DNA of 64,000 bases from Candidatus Calidihabitans tengchongensis (lineage in GTDB: Bacteria; Sysuimicrobiota; Sysuimicrobiia; Sysuimicrobiales; Kaftiobacteriaceae): assembly GCA_031459615.1 (NCBI GenBank), contig JAVKIE010000002.1:105445-169444 (forward strand), read 5' to 3'. Position 1 is the stretch's first letter, and the number at the start of each line of letters is the position of its first letter. Of this stretch, positions 47,668 to 57,652 are shown in pieces. Both the position numbers and the translations under genes were made by a program. Under the pieces are notes generated by a model, which was not told the origin of the DNA, ran no database searches, and saw nothing but the letters and a program-made list of their open reading frames with translations.

Positions 47668-49151
47668 GGCGCGAGAACCCGCGCACACAACACGCGCCGG
47701 ACGCGGCGGCCGGCGCCGACCGGCGGGCGCTGGTGGCCCGGCTGCGGGAGATCGTGGGCGACCGCCACGTGCTGGTGGATCCCGCCGACGTGGTGGTCTA
47801 CGAGCAGGACGGCTCCATCCTCCAGGTCCTCCCCGAGGTGGTGGTCCTGCCCGCCTCGACGGCCGAGGTCGCGGCCGTGGTGCGGGCGGCCCGGGAGGCC
47901 GACGTCCCCATCGTGCCGCGGGGGTCGGGGACGGGCCTGGCCGGCGGCGCCGTGCCGGCCGAGGGCGGCGTGGTCGTCTCGCTGGCCCGGATGACCCGGG
48001 TCCGGGAGGTCAACCTGCGGCACCGGATCGTGGTCGCCGAGGCCGGTGTCATCAACCTGGACGTCACCCGGGCGGTGGCCTCCGGCGGCTACTTCTACGC
48101 CCCCGACCCCAGCAGCCAGGCGGCGTGCTCCATCGGGGGCAACGTGGCCAACAACTCCGGGGGCCCCCACACCCTGGCCTATGGCGTGACCACCAACCAC
48201 GTCCTGGGGCTGGAGGTGGTGCTGGGGGACGGGACGATCACGTGGCTGGGGGGCCGGGCGGTGGACGTGCCCGGCTACGACCTGACCGGCGTGTTCGTGG
48301 GATCGGAGGGCACCCTGGGCATCGTCACCGCGGCCGCGCTGCGCCTGATGCGGACCCGGGAGGCGGTGCGCACGCTGCTGGCGGTCTTCGACCGCATGGA
48401 CGACGCCACCGACGTCGTGGTCCGGATCACCGGCGCCGGCATCGTTCCCGCGGCCCTGGAGATGATGGACCGCACCACCATCGAGGCGGTGGAGACCGGC
48501 GCGCCGGTCGGCTATCCCCGGGACGCCGAGGCTGTGCTGCTGGTGGAGGTGGAGGGCGTGGGGGAGTATGCCGAGCGGGCGGCCGAGCTGGCCCGGCAGA
48601 TCTGCACCCGCGGGGGGGCCCGGGAGGTGCGGGTGGCCCGGGACGAGGCGGAGCGCCAGCGCCTGTGGAAGGGCCGCAAGGGAGCGTTCGGCGCGCTGGG
48701 CGCGCTGGCGCCCAACTACTACGTGCAGGACGGGGTGGTGCCGCGCAGCCGGCTGCCCCAGATCATGCGGGAGATCGGCGAGATCGGCCGCCGGTACGGC
48801 CTGCGCATCGCCAACGTGTTTCACGCCGGCGACGGCAACCTGCACCCCAACCTCCTCTTCGACATGCGGGTCCCGGGCCAGCTGGACCGGGTGATCGCCG
48901 CGGGAGCCGACATCCTGCGGGCGTGCGTCGCCGCGGGCGGCAGCATCACCGGCGAGCACGGCATCGGGCTGGAAAAGAAGGCCTACATGGACCTGCTGTT
49001 CTCCCCGGCGGACCTGGACGCCATGGCGCGGGTGCGGCGGGCGTTCGATCCCGACGGCCGGTTCAATCCGGCCAAGGTGTTTCCCACCCCCATCACCTGC
49101 GCCGAGATGCGCCGCGCCCCGGCGACCCTGCCGGCGGGGCTGTGGATCTGA
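47664..49151 (+). CDS. FAD-linked oxidase, second tandem GlcD-like paralog
   Basis: Same domain architecture (IVPRGSGTGLAGGAVP; GEHGIG). GTGA overlap with the preceding gene. Confidence 0.8.
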   Translation: MRRENPRTQHAPDAAAGADRRALVARLREIVGDRHVLVDPADVVVYEQDGSILQVLPEVVVLPASTAEVAAVVRAAREADVPIVPRGSGTGLAGGAVPAEGGVVVSLARMTRVREVNLRHRIVVAEAGVINLDVTRAVASGGYFYAPDPSSQAACSIGGNVANNSGGPHTLAYGVTTNHVLGLEVVLGDGTITWLGGRAVDVPGYDLTGVFVGSEGTLGIVTAAALRLMRTREAVRTLLAVFDRMDDATDVVVRITGAGIVPAALEMMDRTTIEAVETGAPVGYPRDAEAVLLVEVEGVGEYAERAAELARQICTRGGAREVRVARDEAERQRLWKGRKGAFGALGALAPNYYVQDGVVPRSRLPQIMREIGEIGRRYGLRIANVFHAGDGNLHPNLLFDMRVPGQLDRVIAAGADILRACVAAGGSITGEHGIGLEKKAYMDLLFSPADLDAMARVRRAFDPDGRFNPAKVFPTPITCAEMRRAPATLPAGLWI

Positions 49152-49162
49152 CGGAGTTGCCG

Positions 49163-50575
49163 ATGCGGAACGGATACGCGGGATCGGAGGAAGGCCTGAG
49201 GCGGGATCCCGTCCCCGGGTCGCACGTTCCCGGTGGGCCGGCCCCGGGCGCGGCGTCCGGGCCCGCGGTGGCCGCGCTGGCCGTGCCGGAGCTGGACCAG
49301 TGCGTGCACTGCGGGCTGTGCCTGAACCACTGTCCCACCTACCGGGTCACGCGCCTGGAGGCGGAGTCGCCCCGGGGACGCATCCACCTGGTGCGGGCGG
49401 CCGCCGATGGCCGCGTGGCCCTCAGCCAGCGGTGGGCCGAGCACCTGTACCTGTGCCTGATGTGCCGCGCCTGCGAGACGGCGTGCCCGTCGGGCGTTCA
49501 GTACGGACGCATCGCCGCCTCCGCCCGCGCCGTCCTGGGCCCGCCAGGGTCTCCGGTGGCGCGGGGGATCGCCCGCGCCGTCTTCACCCACGTGCTGCCC
49601 TCTCCCGCGCGGGTCCGCCTGGCCGTGCGAACCCTGGGGTGGGCCCGGCGGCTGGGGCTGGTCGCCCTGGCGCGGGCGCTGCCGGGCCGCCTGGGGGAGA
49701 TGGCGGCTCTGCTGCCCGCGGTCCCCCGGCACTTCTTCACTCCCGCCAGCGACGTCTTCCCCGCCCTGGGGCCGGTGCGGGCGCGGGTGGGGCTGCTGAC
49801 CGGGTGCGTGATGAGCACGGTGTTCGCCGACGTGGACGCCGCCACGGTGCGGGTGCTGCAGCGCAACGGTTGCGAGGTGGTGGTGCCCCGCTCCCAGACC
49901 TGCTGTGGAGCCCTCAACGTCCACAACGGGGACCCTGCTGGCGCGCGGCGGATGGCCCGGGCCAACGTGGCCGCGTTCCTGGGGGCGAAGGTGGACGCGG
50001 TGGTGGTCAACGCCGCCGGCTGCGGGGCGGCGATGAAGGAGTACGGGCACCTGCTGGCCGACGACCCGGAGTGGGCGGAGCCGGCGCGGCGCCTGGCCGG
50101 CGCGGTCGCCGACGTCAGCGAGTTCCTGGTCCGGCTGGGGCCAGTGCCTCCCGGTGGCCGCGTGGATCTCACCGTGACCTATCAGGATCCCTGCCACCTG
50201 GCCCACGGCCAGAAGGTGCGGACGCAGCCCCGGCAACTGCTGGGCCTGATCCCGGGGCTGCGCCTGGTGGAGATGGACGGGGCCGACCGGTGCTGCGGCA
50301 GCGCCGGCATCTACAACATCACCCACCCCCACATGTCCCAGGTCCTCCTGCGGGAGAAGATGCACGCCATCCGGGCCACCTCCGCCGAGGCGGTGGTCTC
50401 TCCCAACCCCGGCTGCATGCTGCAGCTGCGCTACGGCGCCCGCCGCTACGGACCCGCCCTGCCGGTCTACCACCTGGTGGACCTGCTGGACCGCGCGTAC
50501 CGGAGCGGGGGCGCGGACGAGGCCGCGCCGCCGGCGGGAGGGCCTCCCCGCGGGGCGGGGTCGGGCGGGATCTGA
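49163..50575 (+). CDS. glcF: Glycolate oxidase iron-sulfur subunit GlcF
   Basis: CVHCGLCLNHCP and CLMCRACETACP ferredoxin motifs plus two CCG domains. Confidence 0.85.
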   Translation: MRNGYAGSEEGLRRDPVPGSHVPGGPAPGAASGPAVAALAVPELDQCVHCGLCLNHCPTYRVTRLEAESPRGRIHLVRAAADGRVALSQRWAEHLYLCLMCRACETACPSGVQYGRIAASARAVLGPPGSPVARGIARAVFTHVLPSPARVRLAVRTLGWARRLGLVALARALPGRLGEMAALLPAVPRHFFTPASDVFPALGPVRARVGLLTGCVMSTVFADVDAATVRVLQRNGCEVVVPRSQTCCGALNVHNGDPAGARRMARANVAAFLGAKVDAVVVNAAGCGAAMKEYGHLLADDPEWAEPARRLAGAVADVSEFLVRLGPVPPGGRVDLTVTYQDPCHLAHGQKVRTQPRQLLGLIPGLRLVEMDGADRCCGSAGIYNITHPHMSQVLLREKMHAIRATSAEAVVSPNPGCMLQLRYGARRYGPALPVYHLVDLLDRAYRSGGADEAAPPAGGPPRGAGSGGI

Positions 50576-51877
50576 GTGGAGCGGGCGGCCGTGGATCTGG
50601 ACGTTCTGGTGGGGCGGCTGGAGGGTGAGCTGGGAACGGCCGCCGTGCGCGTGGCGCCGGGCGGCCTGGCTGACCACGCCGTGGACGGCATGGCCCCCTC
50701 CGTCCGCTGCGCGCCGGCCGACGCCGCGCAGGTGGCGGCGGTGTTGCGGCTGTGCGGGGAGGCGGGGGCGGCGGTCATCCCCCGCGGGGGCGGCACGGCC
50801 CTGCACTGGGGGAACCCGCCCCGGCGGGCCGACGTGGTTCTCAGCCTGGAGCGCCTGGATCGCCTGGTGGAGCACGACGACGCCAACCTGACGGCCACCG
50901 TGCAGGCGGGGATGCCGGTGACCACCTGCCAGCAGGTCCTGGCGCGGGCCGGCCAGTTCCTGCCGGTAGACCCGCCGCACCCGTCGCGGGCCACCGTGGG
51001 CGGGGTGGTGGCGGTGGGCGGGGGTGGACCGCGGCGGATGCTGTACGGAGGGGTGCGGGACCTGGTCACCGGCATGGGTGTGGTCCTGGCCGACGGGCAG
51101 CAGATCCGGGCCGGGGGCAAGGTGGTCAAGAACGTGGCCGGCTACGACATGTGCAAGCTGTTCACCGGCTCGCTGGGCACGCTGGGCGTGATCACGGACG
51201 TCACCTTCCGGCTGGCCCCCGTGCCGGAGGCTGAGGCCACCGCGGTGGCGTGGGGAGATCTGCCGGCGCTGCTGGCACTGGTGGACGACCTGTTCGCCTC
51301 CGTCCTGCAGCCCGCGGCGGTGGCGGTGGTGGGCCCGCACGTCGCCGTGCGGGCCGGGCTGGCCGCTGGTCCGGCGGTGGCCGTGCGGGCGGAGGGTTTC
51401 GCGGAGGCGGTGGCGCGCCACACGGCCGACGTCCGCCGGATGGCCGCCTCCCGCGACCTGCGGGCCGACGAGGTCTCCGCGGAGGACCACCGGCGCCTGT
51501 GGGCGACTCTCGCCGACGCGTCGGGCGGGCCCACGCCGGAGGCGCTGTTCAGGGTCGCCGTGCCGCTGGGAGCGGTGGGGGACGTGGTGCCCGCCGTGCA
51601 CGCGGCCGGCGCGGCGCAGTGGATCGCCCACGCCGGCAGCGGCGCGGTGTGGGTGGAGGTGCCCGCGCCGGAGGCCGCCGCCTGGTGGGACCGCCTGAGC
51701 GGGCTGGCGGCGCAGCACGGCGGGCACTGCGTGCTGGCCGCGGCGCCGCCGGAGGCCAAGGCGGGCCGCGATGTGTGGGGGCCGCCGCCGCCGACGCTGG
51801 GCATCATGCGCGAGCTGAAGCGCCACTTCGACCCCCGCGGCATGCTCAACCCCGGCCGCTTCCTCGGCGGCCTGTGA
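50576..51877 (+). CDS. glcE: Glycolate oxidase FAD-binding subunit GlcE
   Basis: FAD PCMH domain, shorter GlcD paralog. GTG directly after the glcF stop. Confidence 0.8.
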   Translation: MERAAVDLDVLVGRLEGELGTAAVRVAPGGLADHAVDGMAPSVRCAPADAAQVAAVLRLCGEAGAAVIPRGGGTALHWGNPPRRADVVLSLERLDRLVEHDDANLTATVQAGMPVTTCQQVLARAGQFLPVDPPHPSRATVGGVVAVGGGGPRRMLYGGVRDLVTGMGVVLADGQQIRAGGKVVKNVAGYDMCKLFTGSLGTLGVITDVTFRLAPVPEAEATAVAWGDLPALLALVDDLFASVLQPAAVAVVGPHVAVRAGLAAGPAVAVRAEGFAEAVARHTADVRRMAASRDLRADEVSAEDHRRLWATLADASGGPTPEALFRVAVPLGAVGDVVPAVHAAGAAQWIAHAGSGAVWVEVPAPEAAAWWDRLSGLAAQHGGHCVLAAAPPEAKAGRDVWGPPPPTLGIMRELKRHFDPRGMLNPGRFLGGL

Positions 51878-52062
51878 AGCCCCGGCGGCAGGGGCGAATC
51901 CCGGCGCCGGCGAAAGTACTGATCGTACCCGTCCCTGGGACCTGCAGGTCCGGCCTGATCTCTCGCATCCTGCCATCGTTCCTCCGCCGGTCGCACCGGC
52001 CGGCGTCATCCGGCGCTCTCCGCCGCGCGGACGGGCGCCACCAGCGAAAGGGAGGGGTGGAC

Positions 52063-53397
52063 ATGTCCAGAGGTCGGGGTTCGGCCGGGCTCAGCGCCAT
52101 CGCCTGGGCGGTGATCGTGGCTCTGGTGGTGGTGGCCGTCGCGGCCGCGTACTACGCCACCCGGCGGCCGGCGGCGGTGGCTCCCCAGCGGCTGGGGGGG
52201 ACGGTATCGGTCCTGGGCGTGTGGGGAGGATCGGAGCTGGAGAGCTTTCTCGCCATGGTCAGGCCGTTTGAGGAGCGCACCGGGGTGAAGGTGGAGTTCG
52301 AGGGGACCCGGGACCTCAACGCCGTCCTGACCACCCGCATTCAGGGCGGGAACCCGCCTGACGTGGCGGGGCTGCCGGGTCCGGGCCAGATGGCCGAGCT
52401 CGCCCGCGCCGGGCACCTGGTTCCCCTGGAGAACGTGGTGGACATGGCGGCGCTGCGGGAGCAGTACGCGCAGAGCTGGCTGGATCTGGGAACGGTGGAG
52501 GGCAGGCTCTACGGGATCTTCATCAAGGCGGCGCTGAAGGGCCTGATCTGGTACAACCCCAAGGCGTTCGCCGCCGCGGGCTACACGGTGCCCACCACCT
52601 GGGAGGAGCTGCTGGCCCTCACCGACCGCATCGCCCGGGACGGCAAGACTCCCTGGTGCATCGGGCTGGAGAGCGGCGCGGCCAGCGGGTGGCCGGCCAC
52701 CGACTGGATCGAGGACATCCTCCTGCGCACCGCCGGCCCGGATGTCTACGACCGGTGGTACCGGCATGAGATCTCGTGGACCGATCCCGCCGTGCGGCGG
52801 GCGTGGGAGCTGTTCGGGCGGATCGCCGCCACCCCCCGCTACGTCTACGGCGGCCGTCAGGGCGTCCTGGCCACCAACTTCGGGGAGTCGCCGTTCCCGC
52901 TGTTCACCGACCCGCCGGGCTGCTACCTGCACCACCAGGCAACATTCATCCAGGACTTCATCCAGAAGCAGTACCCGAACCTGCAGCCCGGCGAGGACGT
53001 CAACTTCTTCGCCTTCCCGCCCATCGATCCCGGCGTGCCGGCGGCGGTGGAGATGGCGGGCGACCTGTTCGGGATGTTCCGGGACACGCCCCAGGCGCGG
53101 GCGCTGATCGCCTACCTGACCACACCCGAGGCCCAGGCCATCTGGGTGCGGCGGGGCGGGGCGCTGTCGCCCAACCGCAAGGTCAGCCTGGACGAATACC
53201 CCGACCCGCTGAGCCGGCGGGCGGCGGAGATCCTCACCTCGGCGGAGGTGGCGCGGTTTGACGCCAGCGACCTGATGCCCGAGGCGGTGAACGCCGCGTT
53301 CTGGAAGGGCACCCTGGACTACGTCCAGAACCCGGCGCGGCTGGACGCGATCCTGCAGAACCTGGAGCGCATCGCTCAGGAGGCCTACCGGCGCTAG
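52063..53397 (+). CDS. ABC transporter substrate-binding protein (family 1, carbohydrate-type)
   Basis: N-terminal TM/signal anchor, MalE-like fold. Shine-Dalgarno AAGGGAGGGG. Confidence 0.8.
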   Translation: MSRGRGSAGLSAIAWAVIVALVVVAVAAAYYATRRPAAVAPQRLGGTVSVLGVWGGSELESFLAMVRPFEERTGVKVEFEGTRDLNAVLTTRIQGGNPPDVAGLPGPGQMAELARAGHLVPLENVVDMAALREQYAQSWLDLGTVEGRLYGIFIKAALKGLIWYNPKAFAAAGYTVPTTWEELLALTDRIARDGKTPWCIGLESGAASGWPATDWIEDILLRTAGPDVYDRWYRHEISWTDPAVRRAWELFGRIAATPRYVYGGRQGVLATNFGESPFPLFTDPPGCYLHHQATFIQDFIQKQYPNLQPGEDVNFFAFPPIDPGVPAAVEMAGDLFGMFRDTPQARALIAYLTTPEAQAIWVRRGGALSPNRKVSLDEYPDPLSRRAAEILTSAEVARFDASDLMPEAVNAAFWKGTLDYVQNPARLDAILQNLERIAQEAYRR

Positions 53398-53526
53398 GCG
53401 GGTGTCCGGAAAGTGAAGGCCTGCCGGGCGGGCCCGTTTGACGCGGCGCCCCAAATGGAGTGAAATGAGGGGAGACAGCGTGCGGGTTGCCGCCGGCTGT
53501 CCTGAGGACGCGGAGGAGGGAGAGGC

Positions 53527-54150
53527 ATGCCGTATCCGTTCCGGTTGCCTGATCTCGGGTATCCGTACAACGCTCTGGAGCCCCACATCGACACCCTCAC
53601 CATGGAGATCCACCACACCCGGCACCACCAGGCGTATGTGAACAATCTCAACGCCGCCCTGGAAAAGCACCCGCGGTTCCATTCCCTGGAAGTGGAAGAC
53701 CTGCTGCGCACCCTCTCGGACCTGCCCGCCGAGATCCAGATCCCCGTGCGGAACAACGGGGGCGGCCACCTCAACCACACCCTGTTCTGGCAGTGGATGA
53801 CGCCGGGCGGCCGCCACGAGCCCGGAGGAGCTCTCCGGGATGCGCTGGTGGCGGCCTTCGGATCGGTGGACGCCTTCCGGGAGCAGTTCACCCAGGCCGC
53901 CCTGGGGCGGTTCGGATCCGGGTGGGCCTGGCTGGTGGTGGACCGGACCGGAGCGCTGAAGGTGTACTCCACCGCCAACCAGGACTCGCCGGTGATGGAC
54001 GGCGACACCCCCATCCTGGGCGTCGACGTGTGGGAGCACGCCTACTACCTCAAGTACCAGAACCGGCGGGCGGACTACGTCAAGGCGTGGTGGAACGTGG
54101 TCAACTGGGACGTGGTGGAGCAGTTCTACAGCAGGGCCCGCGCCAGGTAG
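53527..54150 (+). CDS. sodA: Superoxide dismutase (Fe/Mn family)
   Basis: [38 protein letters not shown]. Confidence 0.95.
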   Translation: MPYPFRLPDLGYPYNALEPHIDTLTMEIHHTRHHQAYVNNLNAALEKHPRFHSLEVEDLLRTLSDLPAEIQIPVRNNGGGHLNHTLFWQWMTPGGRHEPGGALRDALVAAFGSVDAFREQFTQAALGRFGSGWAWLVVDRTGALKVYSTANQDSPVMDGDTPILGVDVWEHAYYLKYQNRRADYVKAWWNVVNWDVVEQFYSRARAR

Positions 54151-54169
54151 GCGCGGCAGGCGGCTCCTC

Positions 54170-54206
54170 CGGCGGCAGGGAATTCCCCTGCCGCCGGATG
54201 TTTTAC
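54170..54206. terminator. Bidirectional intrinsic terminator between convergent sodA and sigma factor genes
   Basis: Perfect palindrome CGGCGGCAGGGGAATTCCCCTGCCGCCG followed by GATGTTTTA. Confidence 0.6.
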
Positions 54207-55066
54207 AGGAACATCTTCAGCCCGTGCTCCCGGCCGCGGTGGCGCAGCTTGCGCAGGGCCCGCGCCTCGATCTGGCGCACCCGCTCCCGGGTCACCCCCA
54301 GTTCCCGGCCCACCTGCTCCAGGGTCTGGGGCCCCTCGCCGGACAGCCCGAACCGCCGGCGCAGGACCAGCCGCTCCCGCGGCGTCAGGGTGTCCAGGAC
54401 CTCCTCCAGCTGCTGGCGCAGGGACGCCCGGGCGGCGATCTCCTCCGGGTCCAGGCTGTCCGGATCCGCCACGAAGTCCTGCAGGTGGCTGTCTCCCTCG
54501 TCGTCGGTGGGCGCATCCAGGGACGCCAGCTCCTGGCCGGCCCGCAGGATCTCCTCCACCCGGGCCGCGGGGATGCGCACCGCCTGGGCCAGCTCCGCCG
54601 GGGTCGGCTCGTGGCCCAGGCGCTGGGCCAGGGCGCGGGCGGCCCGCAGAATCCGGTTGCGGGTCTCGATGACGTGGACGGGCAGCCGGATGGTCCGGGA
54701 CTGGTCGGCCAGGGCCCGGGTGATCGCCTGGCGGATCCACCAGGTGGCATAGGTGCTGAACTTGTAGCCCCGCCGCCAGTCAAACTTCTCCACCGCCCGC
54801 ATCAGGCCGCGGTTGCCCTCCTGGACCAGGTCCATCAGGTCCATGCCGCGCCCCGCGTACTTCTTGGCCACCGAGACGACCAGGCGCAGGTTGGCCTCGA
54901 TGAGCCGCCGCCGGGCCTCCGGGTCCCCGGCGGCCGCACGGCGGGCCAGAGCCACCTCCTCCTCCCGGGTCAGGAGGGGGACCCGCCCGATCTCGGACAG
55001 GTACAGCCGGACCGGGTCGTCGGCGGTGTCCGGCGTCGGGGTATCGTACGTCCGCTCTTCAGGCAT
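54203..55066 (-). CDS. RNA polymerase sigma factor, sigma-70 family (RpoD/SigA-like regions 1.2-4, no region 1.1)
   Basis: [37 protein letters not shown], and a region 4 [30 protein letters not shown]. Confidence 0.9.
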   Translation of the reverse strand: MPEERTYDTPTPDTADDPVRLYLSEIGRVPLLTREEEVALARRAAAGDPEARRRLIEANLRLVVSVAKKYAGRGMDLMDLVQEGNRGLMRAVEKFDWRRGYKFSTYATWWIRQAITRALADQSRTIRLPVHVIETRNRILRAARALAQRLGHEPTPAELAQAVRIPAARVEEILRAGQELASLDAPTDDEGDSHLQDFVADPDSLDPEEIAARASLRQQLEEVLDTLTPRERLVLRRRFGLSGEGPQTLEQVGRELGVTRERVRQIEARALRKLRHRGREHGLKMFL

Positions 55067-55116
55067 CGTCTGCTCACCACCCCGCGACCGCCGGGCGGTC
55101 GCGGGCCGTTCAACTA

Positions 55117-55162
55117 GACAAAAACGCGGTGCGCCGCGCGGCCATTCCCGCGCGTCGCACCG
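55117..55162 (-). terminator. Candidate intrinsic terminator downstream of the minus-strand ABC permease operon
   Basis: Minus-strand reading gives GGTGCGACGCGCGG-gaatgg-CCGCGCGGCGCACC, an about 14 bp stem, followed by GCGTTTTTG. Confidence 0.45.
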
Positions 55163-55281
55163 ATCATTTATATTAGCACAACCCCTGCGGCCTCACAACC
55201 GGCCCGGCGGGCCGCCGCCCGCATCCCCGCCGGGGGCCGCGCCCCCGTCCGCTGGCTGCGCGGGGGGGGCGCAGGGGCGGG

Positions 55282-56160
55282 CTAGCCCTTGACGGCTCCC
55301 GCCAGGATGCCCCGGACGATGTACTGCTGCAGGGCCACGAAGACCAGCAGGGGCAGGGCCATGGACACGAATGCCGCGGCGGTCAGCAGCTGCCAGTTCT
55401 GGCCCAGGGAGTTCACCAGGTTGCTGACCGTCACCGTCATGGGCGCCACCGCCGGCCGACCCCCGACGAAGATCAGCGCCACCAGCAGGTCATTCCACAC
55501 CCACAGGAACTGGAAGATGACCAGGGACGCCAGGGCGGGGACCGTCAGGGGCAGGATCAGCCGGAAGAAGACCATCAGGGGGCTGGCCCCGTCGAGGGAG
55601 GCGGACTCGATCAGGTCCCGGGGCAGGGCGCCGATGAAGGTGCGCAGCAGGTAGACGGCCAGGGGCAGCCCGTACCCGGTATGGGCCAGCCACACGGCGG
55701 GGAACGTTCCCACCAGCCCCAGGGCGGTGAGCAGGCGCAGGACCGGGATCAGGGTCATCTGCAGCGGCACCACCAGGGAGCCGACCACGAGGGTGAACAG
55801 CAGGTCCCGCCCGGGGAAGCGCATCCAGGCGAAGGCGTACGCCGCGTACGCCGCCACCATCACCGGGATGATGGTGGAGGGGATGGCGATCGCCAGGCTG
55901 TTGACGAAGCTGCGCCCCATGTTGTAGGCGCCCAGGACCTCCCGGTAGTTGTCCAGGGTGAACTGGTGGGGCGGCAGCAGGGCCGTCCACCACCCGGTGG
56001 TGGCCACCAGGCGCGGCGGGCGGAAGGAGCTCACCAGCAGCCCCAGGGTGGGCAGCAGCCACAGCAGGCACAGGCCGATCACCGCGGCGTGGAGGGCCAG
56101 CCGGCCGGCCCACCGCGCCGGGGCCGCCCGGGGCCGGGCGCGGGCCGCCTCCGCCCTCAC
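55282..56160 (-). CDS. Carbohydrate ABC transporter permease (MalG-like, CUT1)
   Basis: 6-TM with EAA-loop-like IESASLDGASPLMVFFRLILP. GTGA overlap with the upstream permease. Confidence 0.85.
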   Translation of the reverse strand: MRAEAARARPRAAPARWAGRLALHAAVIGLCLLWLLPTLGLLVSSFRPPRLVATTGWWTALLPPHQFTLDNYREVLGAYNMGRSFVNSLAIAIPSTIIPVMVAAYAAYAFAWMRFPGRDLLFTLVVGSLVVPLQMTLIPVLRLLTALGLVGTFPAVWLAHTGYGLPLAVYLLRTFIGALPRDLIESASLDGASPLMVFFRLILPLTVPALASLVIFQFLWVWNDLLVALIFVGGRPAVAPMTVTVSNLVNSLGQNWQLLTAAAFVSMALPLLVFVALQQYIVRGILAGAVKG

Positions 56161-57131
56161 CGGATCCCCTCCTGCTGGCGGAACCGCCGGACGTTGGCGG
56201 CCATCACCGGCACCGTGGCCAGGAAGAGGACGACGGCGATGGCGCTGGCCCGTCCGAAGTCCCGGACGTTGAACATCTCCTTGTACATGCGGTTGGCGAT
56301 GACCTCGGTGTTGAAGTTGCCATTGGTCATCACGTAGACGATGTCGAACGCCTTGAGGGCGAAGATCACCATGGTGGTGGCCACCACCGCCACGGTGGGT
56401 CCCAGCACAGGGAGCGTGATCCTCCAGAAGACCTGCCACTCGGTGGCGCCGTCCACCCGGGCCGCCTCCAGCAGCTCCTCGGGAATGCCCTTCAGGGCGG
56501 CCGACAGGACCACCAGGCAGAACCCCACCCACACCCACACCGCCACCAGGATCAGGGCCACGGTGTTGGTGGTCAGGTTGACCAGCCAGGCCACCGGCTG
56601 GAATCCGGGGATCAGGCGGGTCAGAACCGCATTCAGCAGGCCGATCTGGGGCGCCCCGGCCGGTCGGAACTCGTAGACGAACTTCCAGATGACGCTGGCC
56701 GCCACGAAGGAGATGGCCATGGGCATGAAGATGACCGCCTGGGCCACGGCCTCGTAGCGGACGCGGTCGGTGAGGACGGCCAGCAGCAGGCCCAGGGAGA
56801 TGGTGGCGGAGGTGAAAAGCACCAGCCACAGCAGGTTGTTGCGGAAGGCGACGAGCATCTCCGGGGTGGTGAACACGGCGACGTAGTTGCGCAGCCCCAC
56901 GAACGCCCGGCCGCGGGCGTCCAGGGTGCTGAGGACCAGGGTGTGCAGGGCCGGGTAGACCAGGAAGGCGGCCAGGAACGCGAGCGCCGGGGCCAGCCAC
57001 AGCCAGGGGCGGAGGCGGGTCTGCGCCCGGTGGGGCAACACTCCCAGAGCGGCCTCGGCGGCCAGCGCGTAGCCGACCTGGAGGGCCGGAACGGCCACGA
57101 CGGCGGCCAGGATCACGCCCAGGACGTCCAC
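56157..57131 (-). CDS. Carbohydrate ABC transporter permease (MalF-like, CUT1)
   Basis: LEAARVDGATEWQVFWRITLP EAA loop, 6-TM. Confidence 0.85.
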   Translation of the reverse strand: MDVLGVILAAVVAVPALQVGYALAAEAALGVLPHRAQTRLRPWLWLAPALAFLAAFLVYPALHTLVLSTLDARGRAFVGLRNYVAVFTTPEMLVAFRNNLLWLVLFTSATISLGLLLAVLTDRVRYEAVAQAVIFMPMAISFVAASVIWKFVYEFRPAGAPQIGLLNAVLTRLIPGFQPVAWLVNLTTNTVALILVAVWVWVGFCLVVLSAALKGIPEELLEAARVDGATEWQVFWRITLPVLGPTVAVVATTMVIFALKAFDIVYVMTNGNFNTEVIANRMYKEMFNVRDFGRASAIAVVLFLATVPVMAANVRRFRQQEGIR

Positions 57132-57135
57132 GGCC

Positions 57136-57648
57136 TCAGCGCACCCGCCAGAAGGCGGCCACGGCCATCAGGACGGCCATGAGGGGAAGCAGGGGCCGTC
57201 GGATCAGCAGGACGAGCAGGTCGCCGGCCCCCAGGGACGTGCCCCATCCGGCCAGGGCCGCAGCCTGCGGGCCGACCACAACCACGCCTGCGGCGCAGGC
57301 CGCCGCCACGGCCGCCGCCATGGCGCGCCCGCGCCTGCGGGCCGCGCGCCACGCGGCGTCTCCGACGAGGCCTCCCAGGGCCGGGCCGGCGAGCAGCACC
57401 AGCCACCCCACCGCCTGCGCCGCCCACCATGCCGCGAGCCCGGCTGCCCCGCCCAGCAGCGCCGCCACCACGATGCCGGTGGCCAGGGCGCCCGGACTGG
57501 CCCGGTACAGGGGCGGCGGGGGAGCCAGCCCGCAGTCGCGGCACTTCATCCCCACCGGGGTCTGCACCAGGCAGTCCGGACAGATGGGCCGCCCGCAGCT
57601 GGCGCAGGTCAGTTCCGTCTCCACGCCGGGGTGGGCCGCGCAGCGCAT
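57136..57648 (-). CDS. Zinc-ribbon (double CxxC) membrane protein
   Basis: N-terminal CASCG...CPDC...CRDCG, then 3-4 TM helices. Tightly coupled to neighbouring genes. Confidence 0.5.
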   Translation of the reverse strand: MRCAAHPGVETELTCASCGRPICPDCLVQTPVGMKCRDCGLAPPPPLYRASPGALATGIVVAALLGGAAGLAAWWAAQAVGWLVLLAGPALGGLVGDAAWRAARRRGRAMAAAVAAACAAGVVVVGPQAAALAGWGTSLGAGDLLVLLIRRPLLPLMAVLMAVAAFWRVR

Positions 57649-57652
57649 CGTC

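Noticed and set aside
48983-52009. 1008 aa minus-strand ORF over the glcD, glcF and glcE genes
   Set aside because: Antisense artefact across strongly supported plus-strand genes.
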